Made by a program: the position numbers and the translations under genes. DNA of 32,000 nt, taken from NCBI RefSeq assembly GCF_003935895.2, contig NZ_CP054058.1, forward strand, positions 2,057,177-2,089,176, in the 5' to 3' direction. Source of the stretch: Scandinavium goeteborgense (lineage in GTDB: Bacteria > Pseudomonadota > Gammaproteobacteria > Enterobacterales > Enterobacteriaceae). Every line of letters starts with the position of its first letter. Within the stretch, counting starts at the first letter, position 1. The notes under the pieces were generated by a model. That model was not told the origin of the DNA. It saw only the letters and a list, made by a program, of their open reading frames with translations, and made no database searches. Below, in pieces: positions 1 to 9,750 of the stretch.

Positions 1-598
1 TGATCACTTTCACATCGTGCTTCTGACACAGTGCGGCGATGGTAGTCAATTCTTCGCGGGTCCACACTTTCCCGGTCGGGTTATGCGGGCTGCACAGCAG
101 CAGCACTTTGTTCCGCGGTTCGGCGAGCACGCTTTCCAGCAGGGCCATATCGCAACCCCAGCCTTTACTCGTCTGGTGCAGTGGCACGGCGGCGATAGTG
201 CGATGATTGCCTTCAATCGCTTTGTAGAACGCGTCATAAGCCGGGGTTTGCACCACGATGCCGTCGCCCACGTCAGACCATTGGCGGATCATCTGGGAAA
301 CCATGTAGATAACCGACGGGCCGTACACCAGGTGTTCGGGGTTAATCACGCTGTCAAAACGGGTCTGGAACCAGTGCTGAATGGCACCGAGAAACTCGTC
401 ATTCTTCCAGCGGCTGTAGCCGAGTACGCCGTGGCTCAGACGCTGACTGATAGCTTCAAGCACGCAAGGCGCGGTCGGGAAATCCATATCCGAGATAGTG
501 AAAGGCAGCAAATCGGCAACGCCGAAGCGGTCTGCGACGTAATCCCACTGCGTGCACCAGGTACCGTGGCGGTCGACGACCGTTGAGAAATCAAACAT
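1..598 (-). CDS. malY: MalY, PLP-dependent cystathionine beta-lyase / Mal regulon modulator. N-terminal 199 codons only; the rest runs off the window edge.
   Basis: Reverse-strand reading from ATG (598-596) gives MFDFSTVVDRHGTWCTQWDYVADRFG..LLPFTISDMDF..., near-identical to the E. coli MalY N-terminus as I recall it. It lies directly downstream of malX, as in the malXY operon. It is missing from the ORF track because it is truncated. Confidence 0.9.
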   Translation of the reverse strand, partial: MFDFSTVVDRHGTWCTQWDYVADRFGVADLLPFTISDMDFPTAPCVLEAISQRLSHGVLGYSRWKNDEFLGAIQHWFQTRFDSVINPEHLVYGPSVIYMVSQMIRQWSDVGDGIVVQTPAYDAFYKAIEGNHRTIAAVPLHQTSKGWGCDMALLESVLAEPRNKVLLLCSPHNPTGKVWTREELTTIAALCQKHDVKVI

Positions 599-669
599 CG
601 GAAACTCCATTTCGGTCAAAACGGGTGAGGAAACATTGTCCCCCTTCAGGGCGAAGGGGGAAAGGGGAT

Positions 670-2262
670 TTACGCCTCGACGCTGTGCATCAGGGTCGCC
701 ATTTCATCTTTCACCGACTGCACCTGCGGGCCAATCACGACCTGCAAACTGTGCTGGTTCAGCTGTACTACGCCGATGGCACGGTTCGCTTTCAGAGATT
801 CAACGTCGACTTTGGTCATGTCATCAACTGACAGACGCAGACGGGTCAGGCAGTTATCCAGGTTGGTGATGTTATCCGCGCCACCGAGTGCCGCCAGAAT
901 AGCCGGAACGTTGTAACCCGATTTACCGATAGTGCCGGTCATTGCTTTTTCCACGCTGGATGCGGTTTCGATATCGCGGCCCGGCGTTTTCAGGTTAAAG
1001 CGGGTGATAGCGAAGCGGAAGATGGTGTAGTAGGCCACGAACCAGATGATGGCCACTACTGGCACCAGATACCACTTGGTCGCCAGACCGTGCAGGATCC
1101 CGAATACCACGAAGTCGATGATGTTGCCGTCAGTGTTACCAATGGTCACACCCAGGACTGCCATCACGGTGAAGCCAAGGCCGGTCAACAAGGCGTGGAT
1201 GACATACAGAACCGGAGCCACGAACAGGAACAGGAATTCCAGTGGTTCAGTAGTGCCGCCGACGACGCAGGCAACCACGCCGGAGATCAACAGGCCTTTA
1301 ATTTTATGACGGTTTTCTGGACGTGCGCAGTGGTACATCGCCAGCGCAGCACCCGGCAGGCCGCCAAGGAAGGCTGGCATTTTGCCCTGAGACAGGAAGC
1401 GCGTTGCGCTTTCGGAGAAGCCTTGCGTGGTCGGGCAGCTCAGCTGCGCCTGGAAGATGGTCAGTGCGCCGCTAACCGAGTGGCCGCAAACATCCATGGT
1501 ACCGCCAGCTTCGGAGAAGCGGATCAGAGCCACCAGAATGTGGTGCAGGCCGAATGGCAGCAGCAGACGCTCCCCGGTGCCGAAGATCATCGGACCAAAC
1601 TCACCGGCTTCGTTGATCACGTAACCGAGGGCGTTGATGCCTTTCGCGAAGACAGGCCAAATCAGTGGAATAACCAGACCGACCAGGCCGAGCACCACGG
1701 TGGTGATGATGGGCACGAAGCGGGTGCCACCGAAGAACGCCAGCGCGTCCGGCAGGCGAATAGAATGAAAACGCTCGTGCAGCATCCAGACGATAACGCC
1801 GCAGATAACCGCGCCGAGAATACCGGTATCAATAGACTGAATACCAATCACGTTCTGGATGTTGTTGGCTTTCAGAATGGCGGCATCGGTTGTTGGCAGA
1901 ATGCCCTGCGCCGTCAGCCAGAAGTTGACGCCAAGGTTCATTACCGCGAAGCCGACAAAACCGGCAAAAGCGGCAACGCCTTTGTTATCACGCGCCAGAC
2001 CCAGCGGGATTGCGATACAGAACATCACCGGCAGGAAGCTGAAGGCAAACGAGCCGACCTTACCCATCCAGATGAAAACGGCCTGCAGGAACGGGGTGTC
2101 CAGCCACGGAAGCAATGTGGTGACGTCATGGCTGCTCAGCGAGCTGCCGATCCCCATCATGATCCCGCAGAACGAGAGAAGTGCCACTGGCAGCATGAAG
2201 GTCTTGCCGAGCTGTTGGAAAAATTCCCACAGGCTAATTTTTGGTGCTGCTTTCGCCGTCAT
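670..2262 (-). CDS. malX: PTS EIICB component MalX (maltose/glucose-family)
   Basis: From MTAKAAPKISLWEFFQQLGKTFMLPVALLSFCGIM... the 530 aa are collinear with E. coli MalX. The ATG at 2262 is preceded by AAGGAG (revcomp of 2271-2276). The track ORF start at 2355 is a 31-codon upstream extension with no homology support. Confidence 0.93.
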   Translation of the reverse strand: MTAKAAPKISLWEFFQQLGKTFMLPVALLSFCGIMMGIGSSLSSHDVTTLLPWLDTPFLQAVFIWMGKVGSFAFSFLPVMFCIAIPLGLARDNKGVAAFAGFVGFAVMNLGVNFWLTAQGILPTTDAAILKANNIQNVIGIQSIDTGILGAVICGVIVWMLHERFHSIRLPDALAFFGGTRFVPIITTVVLGLVGLVIPLIWPVFAKGINALGYVINEAGEFGPMIFGTGERLLLPFGLHHILVALIRFSEAGGTMDVCGHSVSGALTIFQAQLSCPTTQGFSESATRFLSQGKMPAFLGGLPGAALAMYHCARPENRHKIKGLLISGVVACVVGGTTEPLEFLFLFVAPVLYVIHALLTGLGFTVMAVLGVTIGNTDGNIIDFVVFGILHGLATKWYLVPVVAIIWFVAYYTIFRFAITRFNLKTPGRDIETASSVEKAMTGTIGKSGYNVPAILAALGGADNITNLDNCLTRLRLSVDDMTKVDVESLKANRAIGVVQLNQHSLQVVIGPQVQSVKDEMATLMHSVEA

Positions 2263-2315
2263 TAAACGACTCCTTGTGCTTAAAAATCTGTTGTAGTTGT
2301 AGAATGCAGCGAGAA

Positions 2316-2331
2316 GATAAAACGTTTTACC
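2316..2331. promoter_or_regulatory. MalI operator-like palindrome (GATAAAACGTTTTACC)
   Basis: 15/16 match to the perfect copy at 2395-2410. It lies in the malX-malI divergent control region, where the E. coli MalI repressor binds GATAAAACGTTTTATC-type sites. Confidence 0.75.
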
Positions 2332-2340
2332 TAACTTTAG

Positions 2341-2356
2341 TGCGAGGTAAATCACA
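2341..2356. promoter_or_regulatory. CRP binding site (TGCGA-N6-TCACA)
   Basis: 9/10 match to the TGTGA-N6-TCACA core. It sits centrally between the divergent malX and malI genes, which share a CRP site in E. coli. Confidence 0.7.
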
Positions 2357-2394
2357 TAATCAAACTATGATTAGGTTTATAAATATAACCCATT

Positions 2395-2410
2395 GATAAA
2401 ACGTTTTATC
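2395..2410. promoter_or_regulatory. MalI operator, perfect 16-bp palindrome GATAAAACGTTTTATC
   Basis: Perfect palindrome read directly from the sequence, 25 nt upstream of the malI ATG. It matches the MalI operator described for E. coli. Confidence 0.8.
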
Positions 2411-2435
2411 GCTACGCAGGAGTGGCAAGCGGCGC

Positions 2436-3461
2436 ATGGCCATTGCAAAAAAAGTCACCATTAACGATGTTGCGCATGCGGCGGGGGTCTCGGTCGCCAC
2501 CGTGTCGCTGGTGTTAAGCGGCAAAGGGCGCATCTCCACGGCGACCGGGGAGCGAGTGAGTCAGGCCATTGAACAACTTGGCTTTGTACGTAACCGCCAG
2601 GCGGCATCATTACGTGGCGGACAATCGGGCGTGATTGGGCTTATCGTCGGCGATCTTTGTTCGCCTTTTTACGCTGAACTCGCCGCAGGCGTGATTGAAT
2701 CCCTCGAATCCCAGGGAAAAATGGTATTTCTCACTCAGGGCGGCCGCAAGGGCGAACACATGCTCGAGCGCTTCGATACTCTGGTGTCCCAGGGCGTTGA
2801 CGGAATTGTGATTGCCGGGGCGGTGGACAGAGGGGCGGAACTGCGCACCAAAGCGGAGGACAACGGGGTGCCGCTGGTGTTTGCTTCCCGCGCGAGCTAC
2901 CTCGATGACGTTGACCTGATTCGCCCGGATAACATGCAGGCGGCGCAGATGATAACCGAGCATCTTATCCGTCGCGGACATCAGCGCATCGCCTGGCTTG
3001 GCGGGCAAAGCGCTTCGTTGACCCGCGCGGAACGCGTCGGCGGCTACTGCGCCACGCTGCTCAAATTTGGTTTGCCGTTCCACAGCGAATGGGTGGTGGA
3101 GTGCGAGGCCAGCCAAAAACAGGCATCTCAGGCGTTAACCCAACTGCTGGGCCAGAATCCGACCATCACCGCCGTGGTTTGTTACAACAGCGTAGTGGCG
3201 ATGGGCGCCTGGCTTGGGTTGATGCGTTCCGGCTGGAAAAGCAGTGACGAAGGGGTCGATTACTACGACAAACGTGTCGCGCTGGCCGCTTTCGCGGAAG
3301 TCCGAGAGAAAGATCTGGATGACGCGCCAATGAGTTGGGTGATAACCCCGGCCCGGGAAATGGGTAAAAGCGTGGCGGAAAGAATGCTACAGCGACTTGA
3401 TGATGGAAAGAGCACGGTGCGTAATCAGATTATGCCGCCGCGTCTGGTTAAGCAGCAGTAA
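2436..3461 (+). CDS. malI: LacI/GalR-family repressor MalI
   Basis: 341 aa. The N-terminal HTH (TINDVAHAAGVSVATVSLVLSGKGRIS) and the rest are collinear with E. coli MalI. The gene is divergent from malX. Confidence 0.93.
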   Translation: MAIAKKVTINDVAHAAGVSVATVSLVLSGKGRISTATGERVSQAIEQLGFVRNRQAASLRGGQSGVIGLIVGDLCSPFYAELAAGVIESLESQGKMVFLTQGGRKGEHMLERFDTLVSQGVDGIVIAGAVDRGAELRTKAEDNGVPLVFASRASYLDDVDLIRPDNMQAAQMITEHLIRRGHQRIAWLGGQSASLTRAERVGGYCATLLKFGLPFHSEWVVECEASQKQASQALTQLLGQNPTITAVVCYNSVVAMGAWLGLMRSGWKSSDEGVDYYDKRVALAAFAEVREKDLDDAPMSWVITPAREMGKSVAERMLQRLDDGKSTVRNQIMPPRLVKQQ

Positions 3462-3465
3462 ATAA

Positions 3466-3488
3466 AACCGGCAGCAGCGCTGCCGGTT
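3466..3488. terminator. Bidirectional rho-independent terminator between convergent malI and ydgA
   Basis: AACCGGCAGC-agc-GCTGCCGGTT is a perfect 10-bp stem. It is flanked by an A-rich run on the left (aataaa) and cttttat on the right. It fills essentially the whole 33-nt gap between the two stop codons. Confidence 0.85.
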
Positions 3489-3494
3489 CTTTTA

Positions 3495-5054
3495 TCAGTT
3501 TGGCGCGATGGCCGGGGCAGCAGGTGCCGCTTCACCCTGTGGAACCGGGGCTGGCGCTTCACTCTGCGGCGCTGGAATGGCAACGTCCGGTACGCCGAAC
3601 ATTCCGACAAAATCAGCCAGTGGCATTTTCTTTCCGTTCAGGGAGACCTGACCGTTCGAGTATTGCAGGCTGGACTGAATATTGTTGTCCTGCTGGGTGG
3701 TGATGCGGAACATCTGACCCATCGCCGCCAGGCCTTTCACCTGCTGGCTTGCCAGCTTCTCGGCATCGGCCTGCTGATAACCTTCCAGACGTGCTACCTG
3801 AGTCATGAACTCGGTCGCCATATCCATTGGGATAACCAGTTTGCTGTCCAGGGATTTCACGCTGCGATCGACTTCCTGCGCCAGCGTCTGCGGGGCGATG
3901 GTCGCCTGGGAAGGATCCTTCAGGAACAGGGACAGATTAAAGGTGGTTTCGCCTTTGCTGTTTTTCCAGCTCAGCGGTGCCACGGTAATGACCGGCTCGC
4001 CTTTCAGCAGCAGCGGCAGGGCGCCGAAGAACGCTTCGGTCACTTTCTGCTGGTACACTTCCGGGTTATCCATCACGCCAGGCTGCGCAAGCAGGGCCTG
4101 AACCTGACCGTTATACTGCTGGCTAAACTGGTGCCACGCCTGGCCGTCAATCCGACCAATTTTCAACGCCAGTTTGCTGCTGCCCATGTCCTGGCCCTGA
4201 AGTTTCAGGCTGTTGAGCGCGTAGTCCAGCGTTGCGTCGATGGTTTTACCGTCTTTCGACAGGTTGGATTTACCGTCGATGGTCATACCGTCGAGCAGCG
4301 CCAGTTCTTTGCCTTCCACGGCAATCGACATTTTATCCAGGGTCACTTTCTGATTACCGATGCGTTCTGCGAAGCTGGTGAGCTTGCTGTCGCCGCTGGT
4401 TTTCAGGTTGTTGAAGGTAACCTGTACTTTCTGGTTGTATTCGTTAACCGCGTTAATCACGCCGCTTTCCATGTCACCGTTGAGGGCGAAAGCGTTGCCA
4501 TCACGGTCTGCATCAAGCTGGAATTCGCCGCCGCTGAACGCGACTTTCTCTTCGCCTTTTTCGTAATTTAACGGCTTGAGGCTGATGTCGGAGCGGGTAT
4601 CACCGGCATAGCTGATGCGGGTGCTGATATCAAACGGTGACTGACCTTTCGCCAGTTCGAACAGCTGTTTGCTGGCCTCGTTGTTCACCAGTTTTGACTC
4701 AACGGTCGCCATCGCCGGGACGAGGTTAAAGGTTTTTAGCGATGCCATTGGGAACGGGCCGTGAGACACGTTTTCATCCAGCACGATGGTTTGACCCGGC
4801 TTCAGCCAGCTGCTTTTCGCGCCGTCTGCCGGTTTAACCACCATCTGAAGATGGCTGCTGAACACGCCGCGCTGGTAGTTTTGATAGGCCAGCTGAATAC
4901 CGGCTTCCGGCACGGTGCTTGCGAGCTGCGCATTGGCTTGCGCAACCATATCGGCCAGACGGCCTTCCAGCTGTTTACCGGTGTACCAGGAGCCCCCGGT
5001 CCACACCACTCCTAAAGCCACAATAATTCCAACTGCAACCAGCGATTTTTTCAT
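3495..5054 (-). CDS. ydgA: YdgA, DUF945-family membrane-anchored protein
   Basis: 519 aa with an N-terminal anchor (MKKSLVAVGIIVALGVVWTGGSWYTGKQ) like E. coli YdgA. The synteny next to manA agrees. The C-terminus is a Pro/Ala-rich tail (PAPQSEAPAPVPQGEAAPAAPAIAPN). Confidence 0.85.
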   Translation of the reverse strand: MKKSLVAVGIIVALGVVWTGGSWYTGKQLEGRLADMVAQANAQLASTVPEAGIQLAYQNYQRGVFSSHLQMVVKPADGAKSSWLKPGQTIVLDENVSHGPFPMASLKTFNLVPAMATVESKLVNNEASKQLFELAKGQSPFDISTRISYAGDTRSDISLKPLNYEKGEEKVAFSGGEFQLDADRDGNAFALNGDMESGVINAVNEYNQKVQVTFNNLKTSGDSKLTSFAERIGNQKVTLDKMSIAVEGKELALLDGMTIDGKSNLSKDGKTIDATLDYALNSLKLQGQDMGSSKLALKIGRIDGQAWHQFSQQYNGQVQALLAQPGVMDNPEVYQQKVTEAFFGALPLLLKGEPVITVAPLSWKNSKGETTFNLSLFLKDPSQATIAPQTLAQEVDRSVKSLDSKLVIPMDMATEFMTQVARLEGYQQADAEKLASQQVKGLAAMGQMFRITTQQDNNIQSSLQYSNGQVSLNGKKMPLADFVGMFGVPDVAIPAPQSEAPAPVPQGEAAPAAPAIAPN

Positions 5055-5065
5055 AGCGTTTGTCC

Positions 5066-5098
5066 ATAAAATAAAAACAGGCGGAATCGTCCGCCTGT
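5066..5098 (-). terminator. Rho-independent terminator of manA
   Basis: On the minus strand: ACAGGCGGA-cgat-TCCGCCTGT followed by TTTTTATTTT, 53 nt after the manA stop. Confidence 0.85.
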
Positions 5099-5150
5099 GA
5101 TGTCGTTAGGCTGCCTCAAGCTTAGCAAGAGTTGCCCCGATCTTCAGTAT

Positions 5151-6329
5151 TTACTTGAGCTTATTAAAAACCCGCGCCACACGGCCGACGCCGCTCAGGC
5201 TGATCGGTGATTCGTTAGCGGCGACAAAAGCGGACTCGCCTGGCTTCAGTACCAGCTGCTGTTCACCTTTGCGCAACACGGCTTCACCCTCGACACAAAA
5301 CAGGATCGCGGCGCTTTGTTGAGCCACGTCGGCACCCGCGGTGTTGAGGTCATGCAGAGAGAACGCAAAATCGTCGACCGGGATTGGGAAATCAAGCTCA
5401 GAGCCATTATTAGCTGGCTGTGTCAGCAGTTCGGCCGCGGGTTTTGGCGTGAATTTCACGTTCGCCACCAGTTCCGCAATGTCGATGTATTTCGGCGTCA
5501 GACCGGCACGAAGGACGTTATCGGAGTTCGCCATCACTTCCAGCGCCACGCCCTGTAAATAAGCGTGCGGGGTTTCTGCGAACAGGAACATGGCGTCGCC
5601 TGGGTTGAGCTTCACCACGTTCAGCAGCAGCGGTGAGAACAGGCCGCTGTCGTCCGGGTAGAACTGAGCGATAAAGCGAATGGTTTCCCACGGCTCGCCC
5701 TGTTGGCTATTCAATGCAGCTTTCAGCACAGCCAGCGCACGGGATTTTTCATCGCCCTGCATATTCAGCAAGCTGGCGAACAGCTGGCTCAGACGCTCGG
5801 CGCTCGGCTCCTGCAGGAAATGGGCGATAGACGTGTGCGCGCCAGACACCGGTTGCAGCAGAGAGACAATGTCAGAAAATTCGCGGAATGCATTCATCGC
5901 CAGGAACGGCGTGAGGGCAAACACCAGTTCCGGTTTGTGGTTCGGATCCTTGTAGTTACGCTCAGCGGCGTCCAGCGGAATGCCTGCGGCGTTCTCTTTG
6001 GCAAAGCCTTCTTCGGACGCTTTCTTATTCGGGTGAACCTGAATAGAAAGCGGGTTATCGGCGCACAGTACCTTAAACAGGAACGGCAGTTCACCGAAAC
6101 GCTCGGCAACATTTTTGCCGAGCAGTGCGGCTTTATCGGCGTCGATAACGTCACGCAGGCTACGGACCTGGCCGCTGGCGTCGGTTATCTTTGAGCTGCT
6201 CTTCGGATGTGCACCCATCCAGAGTTCTGCCATCGGCAGGTTGTCCGGGTTGGCGATACCGTAGAGATCCGTTAACGCAGTTTTACTACCCCAGGCATAG
6301 TTCTGCACTGAGTTGATGAGTTTTTGCAT
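5151..6329 (-). CDS. manA: Mannose-6-phosphate isomerase, class I
   Basis: MQKLINSVQNYAWGSKTALT...QVHPNK...ETPHAYLQG are collinear with E. coli ManA. I chose the ATG at 6329; the track start at 6335 is a TTG two codons upstream. Confidence 0.93.
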   Translation of the reverse strand: MQKLINSVQNYAWGSKTALTDLYGIANPDNLPMAELWMGAHPKSSSKITDASGQVRSLRDVIDADKAALLGKNVAERFGELPFLFKVLCADNPLSIQVHPNKKASEEGFAKENAAGIPLDAAERNYKDPNHKPELVFALTPFLAMNAFREFSDIVSLLQPVSGAHTSIAHFLQEPSAERLSQLFASLLNMQGDEKSRALAVLKAALNSQQGEPWETIRFIAQFYPDDSGLFSPLLLNVVKLNPGDAMFLFAETPHAYLQGVALEVMANSDNVLRAGLTPKYIDIAELVANVKFTPKPAAELLTQPANNGSELDFPIPVDDFAFSLHDLNTAGADVAQQSAAILFCVEGEAVLRKGEQQLVLKPGESAFVAANESPISLSGVGRVARVFNKLK

Positions 6330-6529
6330 TATCAAGCCCTGTATTCATAAGGAAATTATCTTTTGGTATTAAACCAATAAACCGCACAGAAGTAACCCAC
6401 TCCTGGAAAAAGTCGTACTAGTCTCAGTTTTTGTTAAAAAATTGTGTAGGATATGCGGACTCGCTTTTCCCAGGGTCTATGGAAAACTGGCCCGTGAATT
6501 AATCAGCCAACGTCGTAAGTGAGAGTGCA

Positions 6530-8176
6530 ATGTCGAACAAACCCTTTATCTATCAGGATCCTTTTCCTCTGAAAAAGGATGACACCGAGTATTATCTCCT
6601 CAGTAAAGACCACGTCTCTGTCACCGAATTTGAAGGCCAGGAAATCCTAAAAGTAGACCCGCAGGCGCTTACGCTGCTGGCCAAACACGCCTTCCACGAT
6701 GCCTCCTTTATGCTGCGTCCGGCGCATCAGCAGCAGGTCGCCGATATTCTGAATGACCCCGAAGCCAGCGAAAACGATAAATACGTGGCGCTGCAGTTCC
6801 TGCGTAACTCTGATATTGCGGCGAAGGGCATTCTGCCGACCTGTCAGGATACCGGTACGGCAATTATCGTCGGTAAAAAAGGCCAGCGCGTCTGGACCGG
6901 CGGCGGCGATGACGCGGCGCTGGCCCGCGGCGTGTATGACACCTATATCGAAGACAACCTGCGCTATTCCCAGAACGCGCCGCTGGACATGTATAAAGAG
7001 GTCAACACCGGCACCAACCTGCCTGCGCAGATTGATCTCTACAGCGCTGACGGCGAAGAGTACAAGTTCCTGTGCATCGCCAAGGGCGGCGGTTCTGCTA
7101 ACAAAACCTATCTGTATCAGGAAACCAAAGCGCTGATCACCCCGGCGAAGCTGAAAGGCTATCTGGTCGAGAAAATGCGCACGCTCGGCACCGCCGCGTG
7201 CCCGCCGTATCACATCGCGTTTGTCATTGGCGGTACGTCCGCGGAAGCGACGCTGAAAACGGTCAAACTGGCGTCGACCAAATATTATGACGGCCTACCG
7301 ACCGAAGGGAACGAGCACGGTCAGGCATTCCGTGACATTCAGCTTGAGCAGGAGTTGCTGCTCGAAGCACAGAATCTCGGCCTCGGCGCGCAGTTCGGTG
7401 GCAAATACTTCGCTCACGACATCCGCGTGGTGCGCTTGCCGCGTCACGGCGCGTCCTGTCCGGTGGGAATGGGCGTGTCCTGTTCCGCTGACCGCAACAT
7501 CAAAGCGAAAATCAACCGCGAAGGCGTGTGGATCGAGAAGCTGGAACACAATCCGGGCAAGTATATTCCTGAGGAATTACGCAACGCCGGAGAAGGCGAA
7601 GCGGTCAATATCGACCTCAACCGTCCGATGAAAGCGATCCTCGCCCAGCTTTCTGACTTCCCTGTGTCCACCCGTCTGTCGCTGAACGGCACCATTATTG
7701 TGGCTCGCGACATCGCTCATGCCAAACTCAAAGAGCGCATGGACAATGGCGAAGGTCTGCCACAGTACGTGAAAGACCACCCGATTTACTACGCAGGTCC
7801 GGCCAAAACGCCGGAAGGGTATGCCTCGGGCTCTCTCGGGCCAACCACCGCCGGGCGTATGGATTCCTACGTCGATCAGCTACAGGCGGAAGGCGGGAGC
7901 ATGATCATGCTCGCCAAGGGCAACCGCAGCCAGCAGGTGACCGACGCGTGCCATAAACATGGCGGGTTCTACCTCGGTAGCATCGGCGGCCCGGCTGCCG
8001 TTCTGGCGCAGGGCAGTATCAAGAGCCTGGAATGCGTCGAATACCCGGAACTGGGGATGGAAGCCATCTGGAAAATCGAAGTAGAAGATTTCCCGGCGTT
8101 TATCCTGGTGGATGATAAAGGTAACGATTTCTTCCAGCAGATTCAGTCGTCGCAGTGCGACCGCTGCGTGAAGTAG
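6530..8176 (+). CDS. fumA: Class I (Fe-S) fumarate hydratase
   Basis: 548 aa, [24 protein letters not shown]..., collinear with E. coli FumA. The position upstream of fumC matches E. coli. Confidence 0.93.
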   Translation: MSNKPFIYQDPFPLKKDDTEYYLLSKDHVSVTEFEGQEILKVDPQALTLLAKHAFHDASFMLRPAHQQQVADILNDPEASENDKYVALQFLRNSDIAAKGILPTCQDTGTAIIVGKKGQRVWTGGGDDAALARGVYDTYIEDNLRYSQNAPLDMYKEVNTGTNLPAQIDLYSADGEEYKFLCIAKGGGSANKTYLYQETKALITPAKLKGYLVEKMRTLGTAACPPYHIAFVIGGTSAEATLKTVKLASTKYYDGLPTEGNEHGQAFRDIQLEQELLLEAQNLGLGAQFGGKYFAHDIRVVRLPRHGASCPVGMGVSCSADRNIKAKINREGVWIEKLEHNPGKYIPEELRNAGEGEAVNIDLNRPMKAILAQLSDFPVSTRLSLNGTIIVARDIAHAKLKERMDNGEGLPQYVKDHPIYYAGPAKTPEGYASGSLGPTTAGRMDSYVDQLQAEGGSMIMLAKGNRSQQVTDACHKHGGFYLGSIGGPAAVLAQGSIKSLECVEYPELGMEAIWKIEVEDFPAFILVDDKGNDFFQQIQSSQCDRCVK

Positions 8177-8195
8177 TTTTAGTCGGTGTTGTTTT

Positions 8196-8270
8196 GCCCG
8201 ATGGCGCTATCGCTTATGGGGCCTACCTGTTTCGCTGGTGTAGGCCCGTGCAAGCGCAGCGTCGTCGGGC
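8196..8270. repeat. Pair of inverted REP elements (BIME-like) between fumA and fumC
   Basis: GCCCGATGGCGCTATCGCTTATGGGGCCTAC (8196-8226) and GTAGGCCCGTGCAAGCGCAGCGTCGTCGGGC (8240-8270) are typical enterobacterial REP palindromic units in opposite orientation. Confidence 0.8.
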
Positions 8271-8346
8271 GATGTTTACATTTTAACGTTCTGCACGGCA
8301 TGTGAGTTTCGTCTAACCCCTTCACTTTGATTTCAAGGAGAAAGTC

Positions 8347-9750
8347 ATGACAACGTTACGCCGCGAGAGCGACTCCATGGGCGCGATTGACGTCCCGGCA
8401 GACAAGCTTTGGGGCGCGCAAACCCAGCGCTCGCTGGAGCATTTCCGCATCTCCACCGAAAAAATGCCGGTCTCGCTGATTGCCGCGCTGGCGCTGACCA
8501 AACGCGCGGCCGCCAAGGTCAATCAGGATTTGCAGCTGCTTCCGGCTGAGAAAGCCAACGCCATCGTCAGCGCCGCCGACGAAGTGCTGGCGGGCAAACA
8601 CGCAGACGAATTCCCGCTCGCCATCTGGCAAACCGGCTCCGGTACGCAGAGCAACATGAACATGAATGAAGTGCTGGCCAACCGCGCCAGTGAACTGCTC
8701 GGCGGTGTGCGCGGCATGGAGCGGAAAGTTCACCCGAATGACGACGTGAACAAAAGCCAGAGTTCCAACGACGTATTCCCGACCGCCATGCACGTTGCGG
8801 CGGTGATCGCGATCCGCGAAAACCTGATCCCGCAGTTGCAGGTGCTGAAAAAAACGCTGAGCGGTAAATCCCACGCCTTCGCCGATATCGTCAAAATTGG
8901 TCGCACCCATTTGCAGGACGCCACGCCGCTGACTCTCGGACAGGAGATTTCCGGCTGGGTGGCGATGCTGGAACACAATCTCAAGCATATCGATTTAACG
9001 CTGCCGCACCTGAGCGAGTTGGCGCTGGGGGGCACGGCGGTCGGTACCGGTCTGAACACCCATCCGGAATACGCCAAACGCGTGGCGGATGAACTGGCGG
9101 CAATCACCAAACAGGCGTTTATCACTGCGCCGAATAAATTCGAAGCGCTGGGCACCTGCGATGGGCTGGTTCACGCCCATGGTGCGCTGAAAGGGCTGGC
9201 GGCGTCGCTAATGAAAATCGCCAACGATGTGCGCTGGCTGGCGTCCGGCCCGCGCTGCGGCATTGGTGAGCTGTCTATCCCGGAAAACGAACCAGGCAGT
9301 TCGATAATGCCCGGCAAAGTGAACCCGACGCAGTGTGAAGCGATGACGATGCTGTGCTGTCAGGTGATGGGCAACGATGTGGCGGTGAATATGGGCGGCG
9401 CATCGGGCAATTTTGAGCTGAATGTGTATCGCCCGATGGTAATTCATAATTTCCTGCAATCGGTGCGCCTGCTGGCGGACGGAATGGAAAGTTTCAATGA
9501 GCACTGTGCGGTGGGAATCGAGCCAAACCGGGCGCGTATCGATCAGCTGCTGAATGAATCGCTGATGCTGGTCACGGCGCTCAACACCCATATTGGTTAC
9601 GACAAAGCGGCAGAAATTGCCAAAAAAGCCCATAAAGAAGGGCTAACGCTGAAGGCCTCGGCGCTGAAACTCGGCTATCTCACCGACGCCGAGTTTGACG
9701 AGTGGGTGCGTCCGGAAGCGATGGTCGGCAGCATAAAAATCAGTCGTTAG
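8347..9750 (+). CDS. fumC: Class II fumarate hydratase
   Basis: 467 aa with the GSSxMPxKxN signature ([15 protein letters not shown]), collinear with E. coli FumC. Confidence 0.95.
   Translation: MTTLRRESDSMGAIDVPADKLWGAQTQRSLEHFRISTEKMPVSLIAALALTKRAAAKVNQDLQLLPAEKANAIVSAADEVLAGKHADEFPLAIWQTGSGTQSNMNMNEVLANRASELLGGVRGMERKVHPNDDVNKSQSSNDVFPTAMHVAAVIAIRENLIPQLQVLKKTLSGKSHAFADIVKIGRTHLQDATPLTLGQEISGWVAMLEHNLKHIDLTLPHLSELALGGTAVGTGLNTHPEYAKRVADELAAITKQAFITAPNKFEALGTCDGLVHAHGALKGLAASLMKIANDVRWLASGPRCGIGELSIPENEPGSSIMPGKVNPTQCEAMTMLCCQVMGNDVAVNMGGASGNFELNVYRPMVIHNFLQSVRLLADGMESFNEHCAVGIEPNRARIDQLLNESLMLVTALNTHIGYDKAAEIAKKAHKEGLTLKASALKLGYLTDAEFDEWVRPEAMVGSIKISR

Noticed and set aside
17-586. 189-aa plus-strand ORF at the left edge
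   Set aside because: It is antisense to the malY N-terminal coding region, which matches E. coli MalY residue by residue.
1090-2265. 391-aa plus-strand ORF antisense to malX, with neighbours at 1046-1309, 1427-1624 and 1859-2296
   Set aside because: It lies entirely opposite a strongly supported, homology-backed gene. Its composition is R/Q/H/A-rich, typical of antisense frames in GC-rich coding DNA. It has no SD and I recognise no family.
2263-2355. N-terminal extensions in the ORF track: malX to 2355, tus to 10774, transporter from 23072, SDR to 26576, yoaF from 20848, pntA from 17029, manA to 6335, ydgI to 15395
   Set aside because: In each case an internal start matches the homologue's N-terminus and/or has a better SD. 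Several extensions would also run through regulatory sites such as TerB or the MalI operator region.
3179-3186. GTTACAAC, the Ter-site core octamer, inside malI
   Set aside because: The flanks match the Ter consensus poorly: ACGCT-GTTGTAAC-AAA against AGNAT-GTTGTAAC-TAA. It simply encodes the conserved ..VVCYN.. of MalI.
3663-4571. 302-aa plus-strand ORF antisense to ydgA
   Set aside because: Shadow ORF opposite the syntenic ydgA, with no initiation signals.
8356-9633. Minus-strand ORFs (8356-8988, 8730-9155, 9208-9633) antisense to fumC
   Set aside because: Shadow ORFs opposite a gene with the canonical fumarase signature.
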